A stretch of 64,000 nt of DNA from Nitrospirota bacterium (GCA_963749655.1 CAVVOB010000013.1:160001-224000), one strand, 5' to 3'; positions 29,071 to 39,622 are shown, numbered from the stretch's first letter. Made by a program: numbers and translations. The notes: generated from the sequence alone by a model not told the origin.

Positions 29071-29433
29071 ATGTCAAAACTGAATTGCTGGGAAGCAATG
29101 CAATGCGGGCGTGAGCCCGGGGGGGCAAGAAAAGAGCTCGGCATCTGTCCCGTAACAACGGAATACCGGCTCCATGGCACTCACGGCGGCAAGCACGGAG
29201 GAAGGGCCTGCTGGATCATCGCAGGCACGTTGTGCGGCGGAAAGGCGCAGGGGACCTTTGCCCAGAAATACAGCAACTGCGAGAAATGCAGGTTTTATCA
29301 GAGTGTAAGGCAGGAGGAGGGGTCTGCTTTCAAGTTGTCTCTTGTGTTGATGCAGCGGCTGAACGCAAAGCCCGATCTTTTAAAACAGAAAACGGCGCCT
29401 GCGGATCAGCACAACAGCCAGGCGCGGACATAA
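29071..29433 (+). CDS. Cys-rich two-CW-domain protein
   Basis: NCWE...C...CP...GRACW...GTLC...CEKC.FY pattern. Confidence 0.75.
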   Translation: MSKLNCWEAMQCGREPGGARKELGICPVTTEYRLHGTHGGKHGGRACWIIAGTLCGGKAQGTFAQKYSNCEKCRFYQSVRQEEGSAFKLSLVLMQRLNAKPDLLKQKTAPADQHNSQART

Positions 29434-29462
29434 CCCGGTTTTCCGGGGACATTCTCATGAAG

Positions 29463-29496
29463 GCGGCCGCCGGGACATCCGGCTGGCCGCTTTTTT
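29463..29496 (+). terminator. Rho-independent terminator
   Basis: GCGGCCGCCGG/CCGGCTGGCCGC stem followed by T6. Confidence 0.6.
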
Positions 29497-29595
29497 ATTC
29501 CAAGTCCCGAGCTGCGACCAGCCTTGTTCTGTATTGCTTTCACGGTGCCGACGTCGTATAATGTTGCAGTTTCGGATTAACGGAGGTTTCTGTAC

Positions 29596-29904
29596 ATGGA
29601 TACAAAAGACTGGAAAGTGACGGAGGCGCCCACTTGTCCGCACTGTAAGCAACTGATGGAACAACTGGATGCGCGCTACCTCGACTGGGACTCTCCCTAC
29701 CTCTGGGTATGCTTCAACAACGAATGCACGCTGTTCAAGAAGGGCTGGAACCACATGATGGAAACCGTGGGGCAACTGGTGTCCTACCGCTTCATGATCC
29801 ATCCCCAGAACGGAGAAAAGGGCGTGATCCCGGCGTTCAGCAACCAGTACCTGGAGCAGCACGGCAAACCGGGAGACCCTTACACGGATCCTGAGTGCAG
29901 TTGA
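29596..29904 (+). CDS. Zn-ribbon hypothetical protein
   Basis: GGAGG RBS; CPHC...CFNNEC. Confidence 0.7.
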   Translation: MDTKDWKVTEAPTCPHCKQLMEQLDARYLDWDSPYLWVCFNNECTLFKKGWNHMMETVGQLVSYRFMIHPQNGEKGVIPAFSNQYLEQHGKPGDPYTDPECS

Positions 29905-29923
29905 TCGGATAAAGAATGATCAT

Positions 29924-29959
29924 AAGCCGGGGGCTTTTTCGAAGCCCCCGGCTTTTTTT
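29924..29959 (+). terminator. Rho-independent terminator
   Basis: AAGCCGGGGGCTT/AAGCCCCCGGCTT stem followed by T7. Confidence 0.75.
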
Positions 29960-30210
29960 GTCCCGAGAGCCCGCCGGTCAAAAACACCTTTTTGACCGGC
30001 AGAACACGACTCCTGCAAAAGAGGATCCTTCCCGAAGAGATGCATCTTCCCCGACCGGAACCTGATATTTCCTGCACAGACCCTTGGGTACCTCGCCTAC
30101 TTCGGAGCTTCGCCGCCTGAAGCGATGAATGTGCTGTTTCGGCCTGACCGGGCGAACAGGCAAGGCTTCCCGGGCCGGAAGCAGCAGGGGAAAAATCGGC
30201 CGGCCGGAAG

Positions 30211-30597
30211 TCAGGGATTGACGTTGATCAGTCTGTTGAATTTAGCTACCGGAGAGAGCTTGTAAAGGGGAACTTTCTTTGTGGTAGCGAGCATCGCGTA
30301 CCCGCGGGGATCGTAAAGCCATCTGCTCCCGTCGGAGAGGTCGATTTTATAGAGCCAGTGAGGCATGAAATTACGGGGTGTGACCTGTTTTTTTGCTTTC
30401 CAGATCGACTGGAACGCGGCCACGGCGCGCGGATGGGTCACAACGTGGATCACCTCGAATCGGTCATTCCGTACGGTAACGCCTGACCGGCGCGCTGCTG
30501 AAACGGGCGCTGCCGCTGTCAGGACCAGAAGGACGACCGCCATGAGGGTTCCGGCAATGATGCCGGCCATGTTGACTGTTCTGTGCCGTTCGTTCAT
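30211..30597 (-). CDS. Exported hypothetical protein
   Basis: GGAG RBS, signal-peptide-like N-terminus, 128 aa. Confidence 0.6.
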   Translation of the reverse strand: MNERHRTVNMAGIIAGTLMAVVLLVLTAAAPVSAARRSGVTVRNDRFEVIHVVTHPRAVAAFQSIWKAKKQVTPRNFMPHWLYKIDLSDGSRWLYDPRGYAMLATTKKVPLYKLSPVAKFNRLINVNP

Positions 30598-30749
30598 GAT
30601 TTTTCTCCGTTGGTCTCTTTATGAGTTCCGTGATGTGAAAGTCATTTTCATTGCATAACGCTGACGCAGAGAAAAAACGACAATGACAAAAAGGGGGCAC
30701 AGCCAGGGATAGCGCGGCTAATGCGGCCCCCCCGAATCCCGATGATTTC

Positions 30750-31589
30750 CTAGCCGAGGCCGTCCCTCCCCGGTTTGATATGGTATTTCTTTATTTCCGC
30801 GAGTGAGAATACGGGACCTTCCTCGCAGATGAGCTTCCTGCCGCAGAAACAGTGCCCGCACTTCCCTACGCCGCATTTCATGTGGGCCTCGAGGGTGGTA
30901 ATGATGTGATCGTCAGGCATGCCCATGAGCGACAGGTCGCGCATGGCCGCCTGGATCATGATATGGGGCCCGCAGATGTAGGCGGTGCAGTTCTTGAAGT
31001 CCACCTTTGCCTTGCCGAAGTGCTCGGTTACGAGTCCGGTGCATCCCTTCCAGCTTTCGATCTGGCAGGTGTCCACGGTAAGGATGACCTCGGCGCCTTT
31101 ATCCTGCCATGCCTGGACCTCGTCCATGAACAGGACTTCCGCGGGATTGCGCGATCCGTACATGACCGTAATGCCCGATTGCCCGCCCGAACGCGCGCGG
31201 CTGTTCACCATTTTGTTGATGAGCGGCCGGAGCGGCACGACCCCGATCCCACCGCAGATGAACAGCGTGTCCTGGTGTCCGTTGATGGGGAAGGGTTTGC
31301 CGTAGGGGCCGCGCAGCCAGACGGCGTCGCCTGCGCGGTGCGAGTTCAAGGCCGACGAGACGTGTCCGACGGAGCGCACGCAGATTTCGAGATGGTTTCC
31401 CGCTCCGGGCGTGGACGTGATCGAGATCGGAACCTCGCCGGCGCCCATGACCGACACCATGACGAACTGTCCGGGCTGGTAGGCAAAATCATCGGGCACG
31501 TCGATCGAGAAGAGCTTGACGTCTTTGGCGACCTCGCTCACGGCGGCAATTGATGTTTTAAACGGCAGGTAGATGTTGTTTGTTTTCAT
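30750..31589 (-). CDS. FAD/NAD(P)-binding [2Fe-2S] oxidoreductase (AsrB/HydG/FlxA-like)
   Basis: PGQFVMV, RGPYG, GGIGVVP, ICGP and CGVGKCGHC...C motifs. Confidence 0.9.
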   Translation of the reverse strand: MKTNNIYLPFKTSIAAVSEVAKDVKLFSIDVPDDFAYQPGQFVMVSVMGAGEVPISITSTPGAGNHLEICVRSVGHVSSALNSHRAGDAVWLRGPYGKPFPINGHQDTLFICGGIGVVPLRPLINKMVNSRARSGGQSGITVMYGSRNPAEVLFMDEVQAWQDKGAEVILTVDTCQIESWKGCTGLVTEHFGKAKVDFKNCTAYICGPHIMIQAAMRDLSLMGMPDDHIITTLEAHMKCGVGKCGHCFCGRKLICEEGPVFSLAEIKKYHIKPGRDGLG

Positions 31590-31600
31590 AATTCCACTGA

Positions 31601-31760
31601 TGCATGGTGCAGAGTGCATGGCGCAGAGAGCAGAGAGCAGAGAGCAGAGAGCAGAGAGTAACTGCGTTCCCCCATGCCCCATGTTCTATGCCCACGCCTT
31701 ATGCCCTATGCGCTCTGCTCCATGCGCTATGCCTTTGTTCTCAAGCCCTCTGCCCTATGC
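31601..31760. repeat. Inverted tandem-unit element, 7-nt unit GCAGAGA/GCATGG.
   Basis: (GCAGAGA)x5 preceded by GCATGGT/GCAGAGT/GCATGGC units, then many inverted CC(C/T)ATGC / CTCTGC units. Confidence 0.8.
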
Positions 31761-32798
31761 GTCTTTATCCCCTGTCTGGTCCGATCCCTTGATCTTGAGC
31801 GCAACCGTCGCCATGTCGATCTTCCCCGGGCACGATAGTGCGCAGCGGCCGCATCCCACGCACCCGAAGGCCCCGAACTGAGCGGGCCAGTGCAAGAGCT
31901 TGTGATGGAACCACCGCTTGGTGCGGTTGACCTTGTCCTGGGCGGGAATGACGCCGCCCGCCATGCGGGTGAATCCCTTGAACATGCAGGCGTCCCAGAG
32001 CCTGATGCGTTTGCCCGAGTCCGGAGACGAGGGCCGGTCGATGACGTTGAAACAGGTGCAGACCGGGCAGTTGTACACGCAGCCGCCGCACTCGAAGCAG
32101 CGCAGGGCCACCGATTCCCAGAACGCATCGCTCACCTCGCCCGCCTCTATGCGCTTGCGCACCCGGTCCAGGTTGACCCGCTTCTCGAAGCGGCTTTGGG
32201 ACGCGAGGCGCGTCTCGTACAGGTCTTCCTGGTCTGCAGGCTGGGGTTCGGTAAAGATGTGCGGAAAGTCCCTGACGAGCGATTCGCCCGTTTCGGATCC
32301 CGTCTCGACCAGGAACCGGTTGCCGAGGTCGGTGAGCTGCAGATCGAATCCTGATTTCAAAAAAGGGCCGGTGCCGAGGCCGAGGCAGAAGCACGTCGGG
32401 TCGGGCTGGTTGCAGGCAATGGCGATCAGCGCGGTCCTGCTGCGCCTCGCCTCGTAGTAGGCGTCTTTTGTCTTGCCCAGGTAGAAGGTGTCCAGGATCT
32501 TTATTGCCGACAGATCGCAGGGCCTGATGCCGAAGAGCACCCGGGGCTGTTTGTTGAAGGCTTCCTCGAGACCCTCCTCGGACCAGCAGAAGAGCTGCTC
32601 CATCTGGGGAAGCATGAACTCCTTGGGAGAAGGCATGAGCGCGGGGCCGTCGAGCGCTGTTTCGTGCATGCGCGCAAGCTCCGTCAGGACGATATCGCCG
32701 CTCACGTCCCGGACCGGCGCGATCAGCTGGTTCTCAGACTTCAGCTGCCTGAGCCAGAAGGAGAGGTGGTTTTTGTTTAATATGTACTGTTCAGGCAT
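31755..32798 (-). CDS. 4Fe-4S dicluster protein (AsrA/HydB/FlxC-like)
   Basis: GIRPCD, CFECGGCVYNCPVCTC and CVGCGRCALSCP motifs. Confidence 0.9.
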   Translation of the reverse strand: MPEQYILNKNHLSFWLRQLKSENQLIAPVRDVSGDIVLTELARMHETALDGPALMPSPKEFMLPQMEQLFCWSEEGLEEAFNKQPRVLFGIRPCDLSAIKILDTFYLGKTKDAYYEARRSRTALIAIACNQPDPTCFCLGLGTGPFLKSGFDLQLTDLGNRFLVETGSETGESLVRDFPHIFTEPQPADQEDLYETRLASQSRFEKRVNLDRVRKRIEAGEVSDAFWESVALRCFECGGCVYNCPVCTCFNVIDRPSSPDSGKRIRLWDACMFKGFTRMAGGVIPAQDKVNRTKRWFHHKLLHWPAQFGAFGCVGCGRCALSCPGKIDMATVALKIKGSDQTGDKDA

Positions 32799-32868
32799 AT
32801 CTCATCGAGAATCGAAATAGTCAAAATCAAATCGATAGAATCGTAACGTCAACAATTATTGCAAATCT

Positions 32869-32946
32869 ACCGCCGAGGCGCAGAGACGCTGAGAAAAAGA
32901 CCATGAAGGCAGAAAGACTCCTCCGCGCCCTCCGCGGCTCTGCGGT
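32869..32946. repeat. Inverted tandem-unit element, ACCGC...GCGGT termini
   Basis: ACCGCCGAGGCGCAGAGACGCTGAG / CTCCGCGCCCTCCGCGGCTCTGCGGT. Confidence 0.75.
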
Positions 32947-32993
32947 TAAACTGGCATTTTTAGAGTCATCAAAATTCTCACAAGCAATTAGGG

Positions 32994-35117
32994 TTATCTT
33001 TCCTCCGGCGGTATATACAGGTCCAGCCCGATCCTCATGCCCTCGTGGTAGCTGATCGGCGGCGACTGGCGCGCGCCGGGTCTTCTCCGGACGGCCTCGA
33101 CGGCCGCTGCGCAGACCTTGAATTCCGGGATCTTGGCGTTCGGGTCAACGGCGTTCACGGTGAGAAGGTTCACGGCCGCCTCGCGGAAGTGGAAGGGGAT
33201 GAAGATGATCCCCTCGGGGACCGTGTTCGTCACCCGTGCCTTCACCACGATGTTGCCCCGCCGCGTGGTGACCCGCACGGCGTCTCCGCCGCGTATCTCG
33301 ATCCGCTCGGCGTCCGCGGGATTGATCTCAACCGTGCATTCGGGCTCTTCCCGTTCGAGCGTGATCGTCCGCCTGCACATGGTGCCCGTGTGGTAGTGGA
33401 AGTAGCTGCGGCCCGTGGTCAGGATGAACGGGTACTCGCTGTCCGTCGGCTCCGCCGGCGGAATGAAGTCCACGGGAATGAAGGCACCCATGCCGCGGGC
33501 GAACTTCTTCCGGTGCAGGTACGGCGTTCCGGGATGGTCCATGCCCGTGCAGGGCCACTGGAGCCCGAACTGCGAGTCGAGGCGATGATGGAGAATGCCG
33601 CCGTAGGACGGCGTCAGGATGGCGATCTCCTCCATGATCTCGTGGGACGCGCGGTACTCCATGGGGTACCCCATGAGCTTCGCCAGGCTGCAGATGATCT
33701 CATGATCCGGACGGGACTCGCCCACTGCGGGCACCGCTTTCCGTATTTTCTGGACCCGGCGCTCGGTGTTCGTAAAGGTGCCGTCCTTTTCGGCAAAGGT
33801 CGTTGCCGGCAGGATCACGTGGGCATATTCCGCGGTATCGGTGGGGAAGATGTCCTGGACAGCGAGAAAATCGAGTTTTGCGAACGCCGCTTTCACATGG
33901 CTGCTGTCGGGGTCCGAGATCACCGGGTTCTCGCCCATGACGTACAGGGCACGGATCTTGCCTTCGTGGATGGCGTCCACCATCCCGGTGAGCGTGAGCC
34001 CCGGCTTGTCCGGCAGGGGCCGCGACCAGGCAAGCTCGAATTTTTTCCGCGCAACAGGGTCGGCAACCTTCTGATAACCGGAATAAACGTCGGGAAGCAC
34101 GCCCACGTCGCAGGCCCCCTGCACGTTGTTCTGGCCGCGAAGCGGGTTCAAGCCCGTCATGGGCTGGCCGATGTGCGCGGTGAGCATGACAAGGTTGGCG
34201 CAGGAACGGACGTTATCGACGCCGGTGATGTGCTGCGTGATGCCCATGGAGTAGAAGAGCATGGAGCGCTTTTCCGAGGCATAAAGCCGCGCCGCCCTGC
34301 GGATATCGTCGGCCGGCACCGACGTGATCTTTTCGGCGACCTCCGGCGTGTAGGCCAGGACGCCCTTTTCGAAGGCATCGAAGTTTTCCGTGCGCTGGCG
34401 GATGAAGGACACGTCGACGAGGCCTTCGGTGATGATGACGTTCATGATGGCGTTCAGGAGCGCCACGTCGGTGCCGCTCCTGTGCCTCATGTGGAGGTGG
34501 CTGAACTGGGCGATCTGCGTGCGCCGGGGGTCCGCCACGATGATGAGGGCGCCGCGGTCCTTCGCTTCGAGCATGTGCATCCCGATCATGGGATGCTGCT
34601 CGGTCGTGTTCGAGCCGACCACGAAGATGACCCGGGCGTCTTTGATCTCGTCGATCGAATTCGTCATCGCTCCTGAACCGAACGCAGCCGACAGACCGCC
34701 GACCGTGGAGGAGTGTCAGAGGCGGGCGCAGTGATCGATGTTGTTGGTGCCGATCACCGCGCGGGCGAATTTCATGAGCACGAAATTGTCCTCGTTCGTG
34801 CACTTGGCCGAGCCCAATACCCCGATGGCGTCGGGACCGTATTCCCGCGCGATTGCAGAGAGCCGCGCGGCGGTCGTGCCCAGGGCTTCATCCCACGTTG
34901 CCCTGCGGTACGCGGCGCCGTCCCTGATAAGGGGGGTGGTCAGGCGATCGGGGTGATGGACGAACTCGTGGCAGTTCCAGCCCTTTACACAGAGGGTCCC
35001 GTGATTGACGGGATGGTTGCGGCTCGGGGATACGCCGGTGATGAGGTTGTTCTCGACATGCAGGTACAGTCCGCAGCCGCAGCCGCACCAGGGGCAGGTT
35101 GTTGAAATTTTTTCCAT
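32994..35117 (-). CDS. fdhF: Formate dehydrogenase alpha subunit, selenocysteine-containing (707 aa)
   Basis: CPWCGCGC...C Fe-S motif; in-frame TGA at 34716-34718 in DHCARL-U-H joins ORFs 34716-35156 and 32994-34667; LRGQNNVQGA and molybdopterin C-terminal domain. Confidence 0.95.
34675..34715 (-). promoter_or_regulatory. Putative bacterial SECIS element
   Basis: Directly 3' of the TGA: CACTCCTCCACGGTCGGCGGTCTGTCGGCTGCG, with GGTCTG at the same offset as the E. coli fdhF SECIS loop. Confidence 0.65.
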
Positions 35118-35288
35118 ACGAGCCTCATTATAACACCGCGTTTCGGGAAAAAGCAAAAAAAGCGGAGTATTTCGACCGGAATTTTGCTGCTTATTTCGTA
35201 TTACGGGAATTCTCGGGCTGCCGCGTCATCGGTCCGCGTTGTCGCATGAAAACGGTACCTGTTCGCAGATCAACGCTGAGAGAAGGTG

Positions 35289-35376
35289 TCCGCAGATGAA
35301 TCCAGATGGACGAAGATGAATTACTGTAAGGATAGTGGCATGAAAGCTGCTGTGGATTATCTGTGTAATCTGCGGA
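35289..35376. repeat. Inverted tandem-unit element, CCGCAGAT...ATCTGCGG termini
   Basis: TCCGCAGATGAATCCAGATGGACGAAGAT / ATCTGTGTAATCTGCGGA. Confidence 0.6.
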
Positions 35377-35422
35377 TGCAAGTGATTTCGGCCTCTCGAA
35401 GTGAGTTTGATCTCGCGAGCGA

Positions 35423-35854
35423 TCAATAGCCGGCGATATAATCCTTCAGGTAGTGGATCTCCGAGGTGAGCTTGGTGACCTGGGTCTGGATGATGTCCCG
35501 GATGGACAACATGCCGATGATGCGTCCGTCATCCACGACAGGCAGGTGCCGGATGTTCTTTTCCACCATGGTTGCCGACACTTCATGGATGTCCTCGTCG
35601 GGAACGGCCACAATGAGGTCCCTGATCATCGCATCGCGCACGGGAACTTCCTTGAAGCTCCTGCCGCCGGTGGCGATGTAGCAGCGCACCACGTCGCGTT
35701 CCGTGAAGATCCCCACGGTCTTTCCGTTCTCGGTCACGATGATGGCGCTGATCTTCCGGGAATTCATGGACCGGATGGCATCGTCCACCGAGCTGCTCAC
35801 GTCGATGGACACCGTGTCCTTGCCCTTGGCTTCCAGCAGTTCACGAACTTTCAT
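35423..35854 (-). CDS. CBS-domain protein
   Basis: GIFTERD, IRHLPVVD and GMLSIRD (CBS pair); GGGAGG RBS. Confidence 0.92.
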   Translation of the reverse strand: MKVRELLEAKGKDTVSIDVSSSVDDAIRSMNSRKISAIIVTENGKTVGIFTERDVVRCYIATGGRSFKEVPVRDAMIRDLIVAVPDEDIHEVSATMVEKNIRHLPVVDDGRIIGMLSIRDIIQTQVTKLTSEIHYLKDYIAGY

Positions 35855-35891
35855 GACGACCCTCCCTTGAAGGTAATTGCTTAATGTCGAA

Positions 35892-36131
35892 ATTTTACCG
35901 CAGAGGATGCGGAGGACGCAGAGAACTTCTTGAATTAGAAAACATTTAACTCATTCTCAGCTCCCTCCCCCTCTGCGATCTCTCAAAATCATCTTCTTTG
36001 AAGCTATATTATTTGCCTAATGTCCGTAGTAGTTCGCTTAACCTGAATAAGTTCCGAATATGACCAGCGTTCTTTTACTTACTCTCCTTTATTTCAAGAG
36101 CTGCATTTCTCTGCGCCCTCTGCGGTAAAAT
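35892..36131. repeat. Inverted tandem-unit element, 9-nt unit CGCAGAGGA, with long spacer
   Basis: ATTTTACCGCAGAGGATGCGGAGGACGCAGAG / CTCTGCGCCCTCTGCGGTAAAAT flanking about 185 nt of AT-rich DNA. Confidence 0.75.
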
Positions 36132-36227
36132 ATCTTTCGTTTTTCATAGAATGTTTGACAGCATCAAGTATTGAAAGATGTCAATATTTTTGACCGTAGA
36201 ACACCTGAGCAGAACTTTCGCCGGAGG

Positions 36228-37718
36228 TTACTCTCTCCGGTCTGCTTTTCCGCTTCTTCGGTCTCGTTTCAGCGGCCTGAAGTCGCGGACCTGCTTTGAC
36301 TCCAGCCCTTTGATCTCTCCGACGCGGTGGATCTTCATCAAATTCGTGCTGCCTGCCACGCCGATAGGCACGCCGGCAGTGATGACGATGAGGTCGTGCT
36401 GTCGGGCGAGTCTTCTCCTGAGCATGAGCAGCTCAATGCTCGATATCATGGAATCGGTGGTTTTTCTGGTCTTCATGATCACGGGCATCACGCCCCAGTA
36501 CAGAGACACCCTCCGGGCGGCATCGTCAAAGGGAGTAGGTGCGATGATCGGCATCGGGGGCCGGTGCTTGGAAACAAGAAGCGCCGTGGAGCCCGACTGC
36601 GTGAAGGTCACGATTGCACGCGCCTCCTGCTCCTCGGCTGCGCGGCAAGCCGCATGCGCCACGCTTTCTCCCGTGCCCGCCACGTGCACGTCCGGCGGGA
36701 CCGAGGGGAGCGAGGTCTCGGCCTGCACGGCAAGCCGTGCCATGACCTCAACGGACTGGACAGGATATTTCCCCATCGCCGTTTCGCCCGAGAGCATCAC
36801 GCAGTCCGTGCCGTCCAGGATCGCGTTCGCCACATCCGACGCCTCGGCACGCGTGGGCTGCGGGCTGTCGATCATGCTCTCGAGCATCTGCGTCGCGGTG
36901 ATGACTGTTTTCTCGGCGTGGTTGCAAGCCTTGATGATCTTCTTCTGGAGGAGCGGCACCTGCTCGGGCGACATTTCCACGCCCAGGTCGCCGCGGGCCA
37001 CCATGACGCCGTCGGCTGCATCGATGATCTCGTCGAGATTATGGATCGCCTCGGGCTTCTCGATCTTCGCGATGATGGGGATGTCGGCGCCGTGCGCGTG
37101 CAGGAAGCGGCGTGTCGCGATGATGTCGGCCGCCGTGCGCACGAAGGAAAGTGCGATGTAGTCCACGCCGCGCGCGATGCCGAACCGGAGATCGTCCTTG
37201 TCCTTTTTGGAAAGCGATGGAAGGGAGAGGTGCGCGCCGGGGAGGTTCACGCCTTTATGGCTCCTGAGCACCCCGCCGCGGACCACCTTGCACTTTAGTC
37301 CGCCCGGGATCTTCCGGGTGACCACGAGCTCCAGCCGGCCGTCGTCCAGCAGGATCCTGTCGTCTGTCTTGAGGTCCTTCGTGAGGCGGGAGTAAAGCAC
37401 GGAAATGGAACGGTTGGTGCCGAGAATGTTTCGTCGGATCACGGAGAGCTCGTCGCCGCGCCGGAGCGAAACCGCATCGTCCTGCATGGCGCCGACGCGC
37501 AGCTTCGGGCCCTGCAGGTCCTGGATGATTGCGATGTGCCTGCCCGCCTTCTCCGATTCCTGCCGGATCGATCGGATGCGTTTCGTATGATCGTCCCAGT
37601 CGCCGTGGGAGAAATTGAGCCTCGCCGCATCCATGCCGGCGCGGATCAGTTTGGCGATGACCGCGGGCGAACTGGAAGCCGGGCCGATGGTGACGATGAT
37701 CTTGGTGCGTTTTGACAT
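36228..37718 (-). CDS. pyk: Pyruvate kinase
   Basis: RTKIIVTIGPA, RLNFSHG, IIAKIE, MVARGDLG, ATQMLESM and MLSGET motifs. Confidence 0.97.
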   Translation of the reverse strand: MSKRTKIIVTIGPASSSPAVIAKLIRAGMDAARLNFSHGDWDDHTKRIRSIRQESEKAGRHIAIIQDLQGPKLRVGAMQDDAVSLRRGDELSVIRRNILGTNRSISVLYSRLTKDLKTDDRILLDDGRLELVVTRKIPGGLKCKVVRGGVLRSHKGVNLPGAHLSLPSLSKKDKDDLRFGIARGVDYIALSFVRTAADIIATRRFLHAHGADIPIIAKIEKPEAIHNLDEIIDAADGVMVARGDLGVEMSPEQVPLLQKKIIKACNHAEKTVITATQMLESMIDSPQPTRAEASDVANAILDGTDCVMLSGETAMGKYPVQSVEVMARLAVQAETSLPSVPPDVHVAGTGESVAHAACRAAEEQEARAIVTFTQSGSTALLVSKHRPPMPIIAPTPFDDAARRVSLYWGVMPVIMKTRKTTDSMISSIELLMLRRRLARQHDLIVITAGVPIGVAGSTNLMKIHRVGEIKGLESKQVRDFRPLKRDRRSGKADRRE

Positions 37719-37841
37719 TCATTCTCCTGGAAAGCGGTGTGGAGACTAAAGAAAGGAACCTGATATCCGGTATTATAGCAAATCTCAAGGACGGCACGTA
37801 AGCATGGTTCGTAAATCTGAAACCGGACAAACGGAAAAATC

Positions 37842-37916
37842 TTTTGACGGGATAACAGGATTTACAGGATCTGTGGCAAGGCTTTATCCTGACGTTATCC
37901 TGTTATCCGGTCAAAG
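37842..37916. repeat. Inverted tandem-unit element, unit ACAGGAT(TT)
   Basis: TTTGACGGGATAACAGGATTTACAGGAT / ATCCTGACGTTATCCTGTTATCCGGTCAAA. Confidence 0.7.
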
Positions 37917-37922
37917 ATGGAT

Positions 37923-39047
37923 TCAGGGCTCTATCTTCACCAACTCGTACTTTCTGGTCCCCAGTCCCAGCCGTTCGCACTCGTCTATCTGGATCTGCAT
38001 GGGCCGCGGGTTGAGACTGGACATGACGTTTTCTCCGGGTTTGATGACCAGCTCTTCCGCAGCGGATTGGGGCAGCGGAGGGGCGGCCTTGAGCATATCG
38101 AGCGAGGCCTGCTCGATGGCCGCGATGTCGTCGGAGATCATAATGCCCTGGTCCTGGATTACCGGCACGTCCGCAACAGGCATGCAGTCGCACTCGGGCT
38201 GGATCTCGTAGAGGAAATTGATATAGACGACCTTGCCCTTCCGGAAGGTCGAGAGAACGGCGGCTGCAGACTCGGCAAGGCTTTTCTGGAAGGTCACGTC
38301 GTCCTGGGGCAGGGTGAGCGCCCCTTCCTGGCAGACGCGGGAGCACCGGCCGCAGTGCCAGCAGTTGTTCTGGTCCACGACAAAGGCGCCGTCCTTGAAA
38401 TCGATGGCATGGAGCGGGCAGACGTTCTTGCACTGCTCGCAGAAGGTGCAGACCTCGGGGTTCCACTGGAGCCCCATCTCTCCGTGGCAATGCATGGCGC
38501 CGCGGCCCTTTTTCCAACCGTGGTCGCGGTGGCGGGAGCTCACGCAGCCCATGGCCAGGTTCTTGATCGCGCCCGCATATCCGGAGTTGATATGCCCCTT
38601 GGTGTGGGAACAGACGATCATTGCAGGAACATCGTGGATCGCTGAAGCAACTGCGATGTCACCCAGGATCGGGCCGGCCTTGACCAGGATCGCGTCCTTG
38701 CCGTAGAGCCCGTCGGCGAGCACCACGGGCGCGCCGCAGGATAAATGGTTCAGGCCGTTCTGGTTTGCCACTTCAAGGTAGTCGAGTCCCATGATCCTGA
38801 CGGTGTCGGTCACGAAGGGCTTGGCCCCCGTCTCCTGCACGGCCTCGACCACTTTGCGGATCATGACCGGGGGCACGATGCGGAACGCGCCATGGGACCC
38901 CCAGTGGGTCTTGATCGCGACCCATTCGTCCTGTTCGAACCTGCGTGCAAAGTCCATTTTTTCGAGCAGGGTCTCGAGCTTGCCCGGGACGCTGTGGCTG
39001 TAGTCCCATCTGAGCGTACGTGCGGTGGAGAAGTAGACTTTGGACAT
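37923..39047 (-). CDS. DUF362 domain protein with an inserted 2x[4Fe-4S] ferredoxin
   Basis: VAIKTHWG, SHTKGH...GAIKNLAMGC, CTFCEQCKNVC, CWHCGRCSRVC and PECDC motifs. Confidence 0.88.
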   Translation of the reverse strand: MSKVYFSTARTLRWDYSHSVPGKLETLLEKMDFARRFEQDEWVAIKTHWGSHGAFRIVPPVMIRKVVEAVQETGAKPFVTDTVRIMGLDYLEVANQNGLNHLSCGAPVVLADGLYGKDAILVKAGPILGDIAVASAIHDVPAMIVCSHTKGHINSGYAGAIKNLAMGCVSSRHRDHGWKKGRGAMHCHGEMGLQWNPEVCTFCEQCKNVCPLHAIDFKDGAFVVDQNNCWHCGRCSRVCQEGALTLPQDDVTFQKSLAESAAAVLSTFRKGKVVYINFLYEIQPECDCMPVADVPVIQDQGIMISDDIAAIEQASLDMLKAAPPLPQSAAEELVIKPGENVMSSLNPRPMQIQIDECERLGLGTRKYELVKIEP

Positions 39048-39622
39048 GGCGGACCTCGTTAATGTGATGATTAATCGGGTATTGCTTTTATTCTAAGCGA
39101 CCGGCAGAGCTTTTTTGATTAAGGTTACAAATCGTTCTAATATAAACGACACAATCCAGTATGCAAGCTCTATGAAGAAAGCTAGAACGAGATTCCCAGT
39201 TAAAATAATAGTTAAAAGAAGAATCCCCATACCGATAAAATTTTGATTAAGTATTTTTTGGGCATAGACGCAAAGTTGAAAAGACCGAGGACTGATCCGA
39301 AGATCGCACCTGCACTTCCATTAAACAAATAGAGTAAAAAATCTAGTGAGTCACCATCTTCTATATCCCCCGAATACTGCATTATTCGAAACATTCTCAG
39401 ATATACCCATGTCGCGATTAAAAAAACTGCAAATCCAATCAACGCGCCTAAAAGTACTCCTGAAGAAACTTTATTGCTTGTCGGATCGCTATTAGGGGAC
39501 TGCAATAAAAATGTTCGAGACATTTTCCATGCAAGGAAGACTGCATATGCAAAGACAATTGAGAGGTGGTCCCCATTGGTTGGACAGCTTTTCCCTTGGT
39601 TTAAGGTGGAAACCTCAAGCCC

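Noticed and set aside
34716-34718. TGA as a nonsense mutation splitting fdh into two genes
   Set aside because: It is in frame at the catalytic Cys/Sec position and followed by a SECIS-like hairpin.
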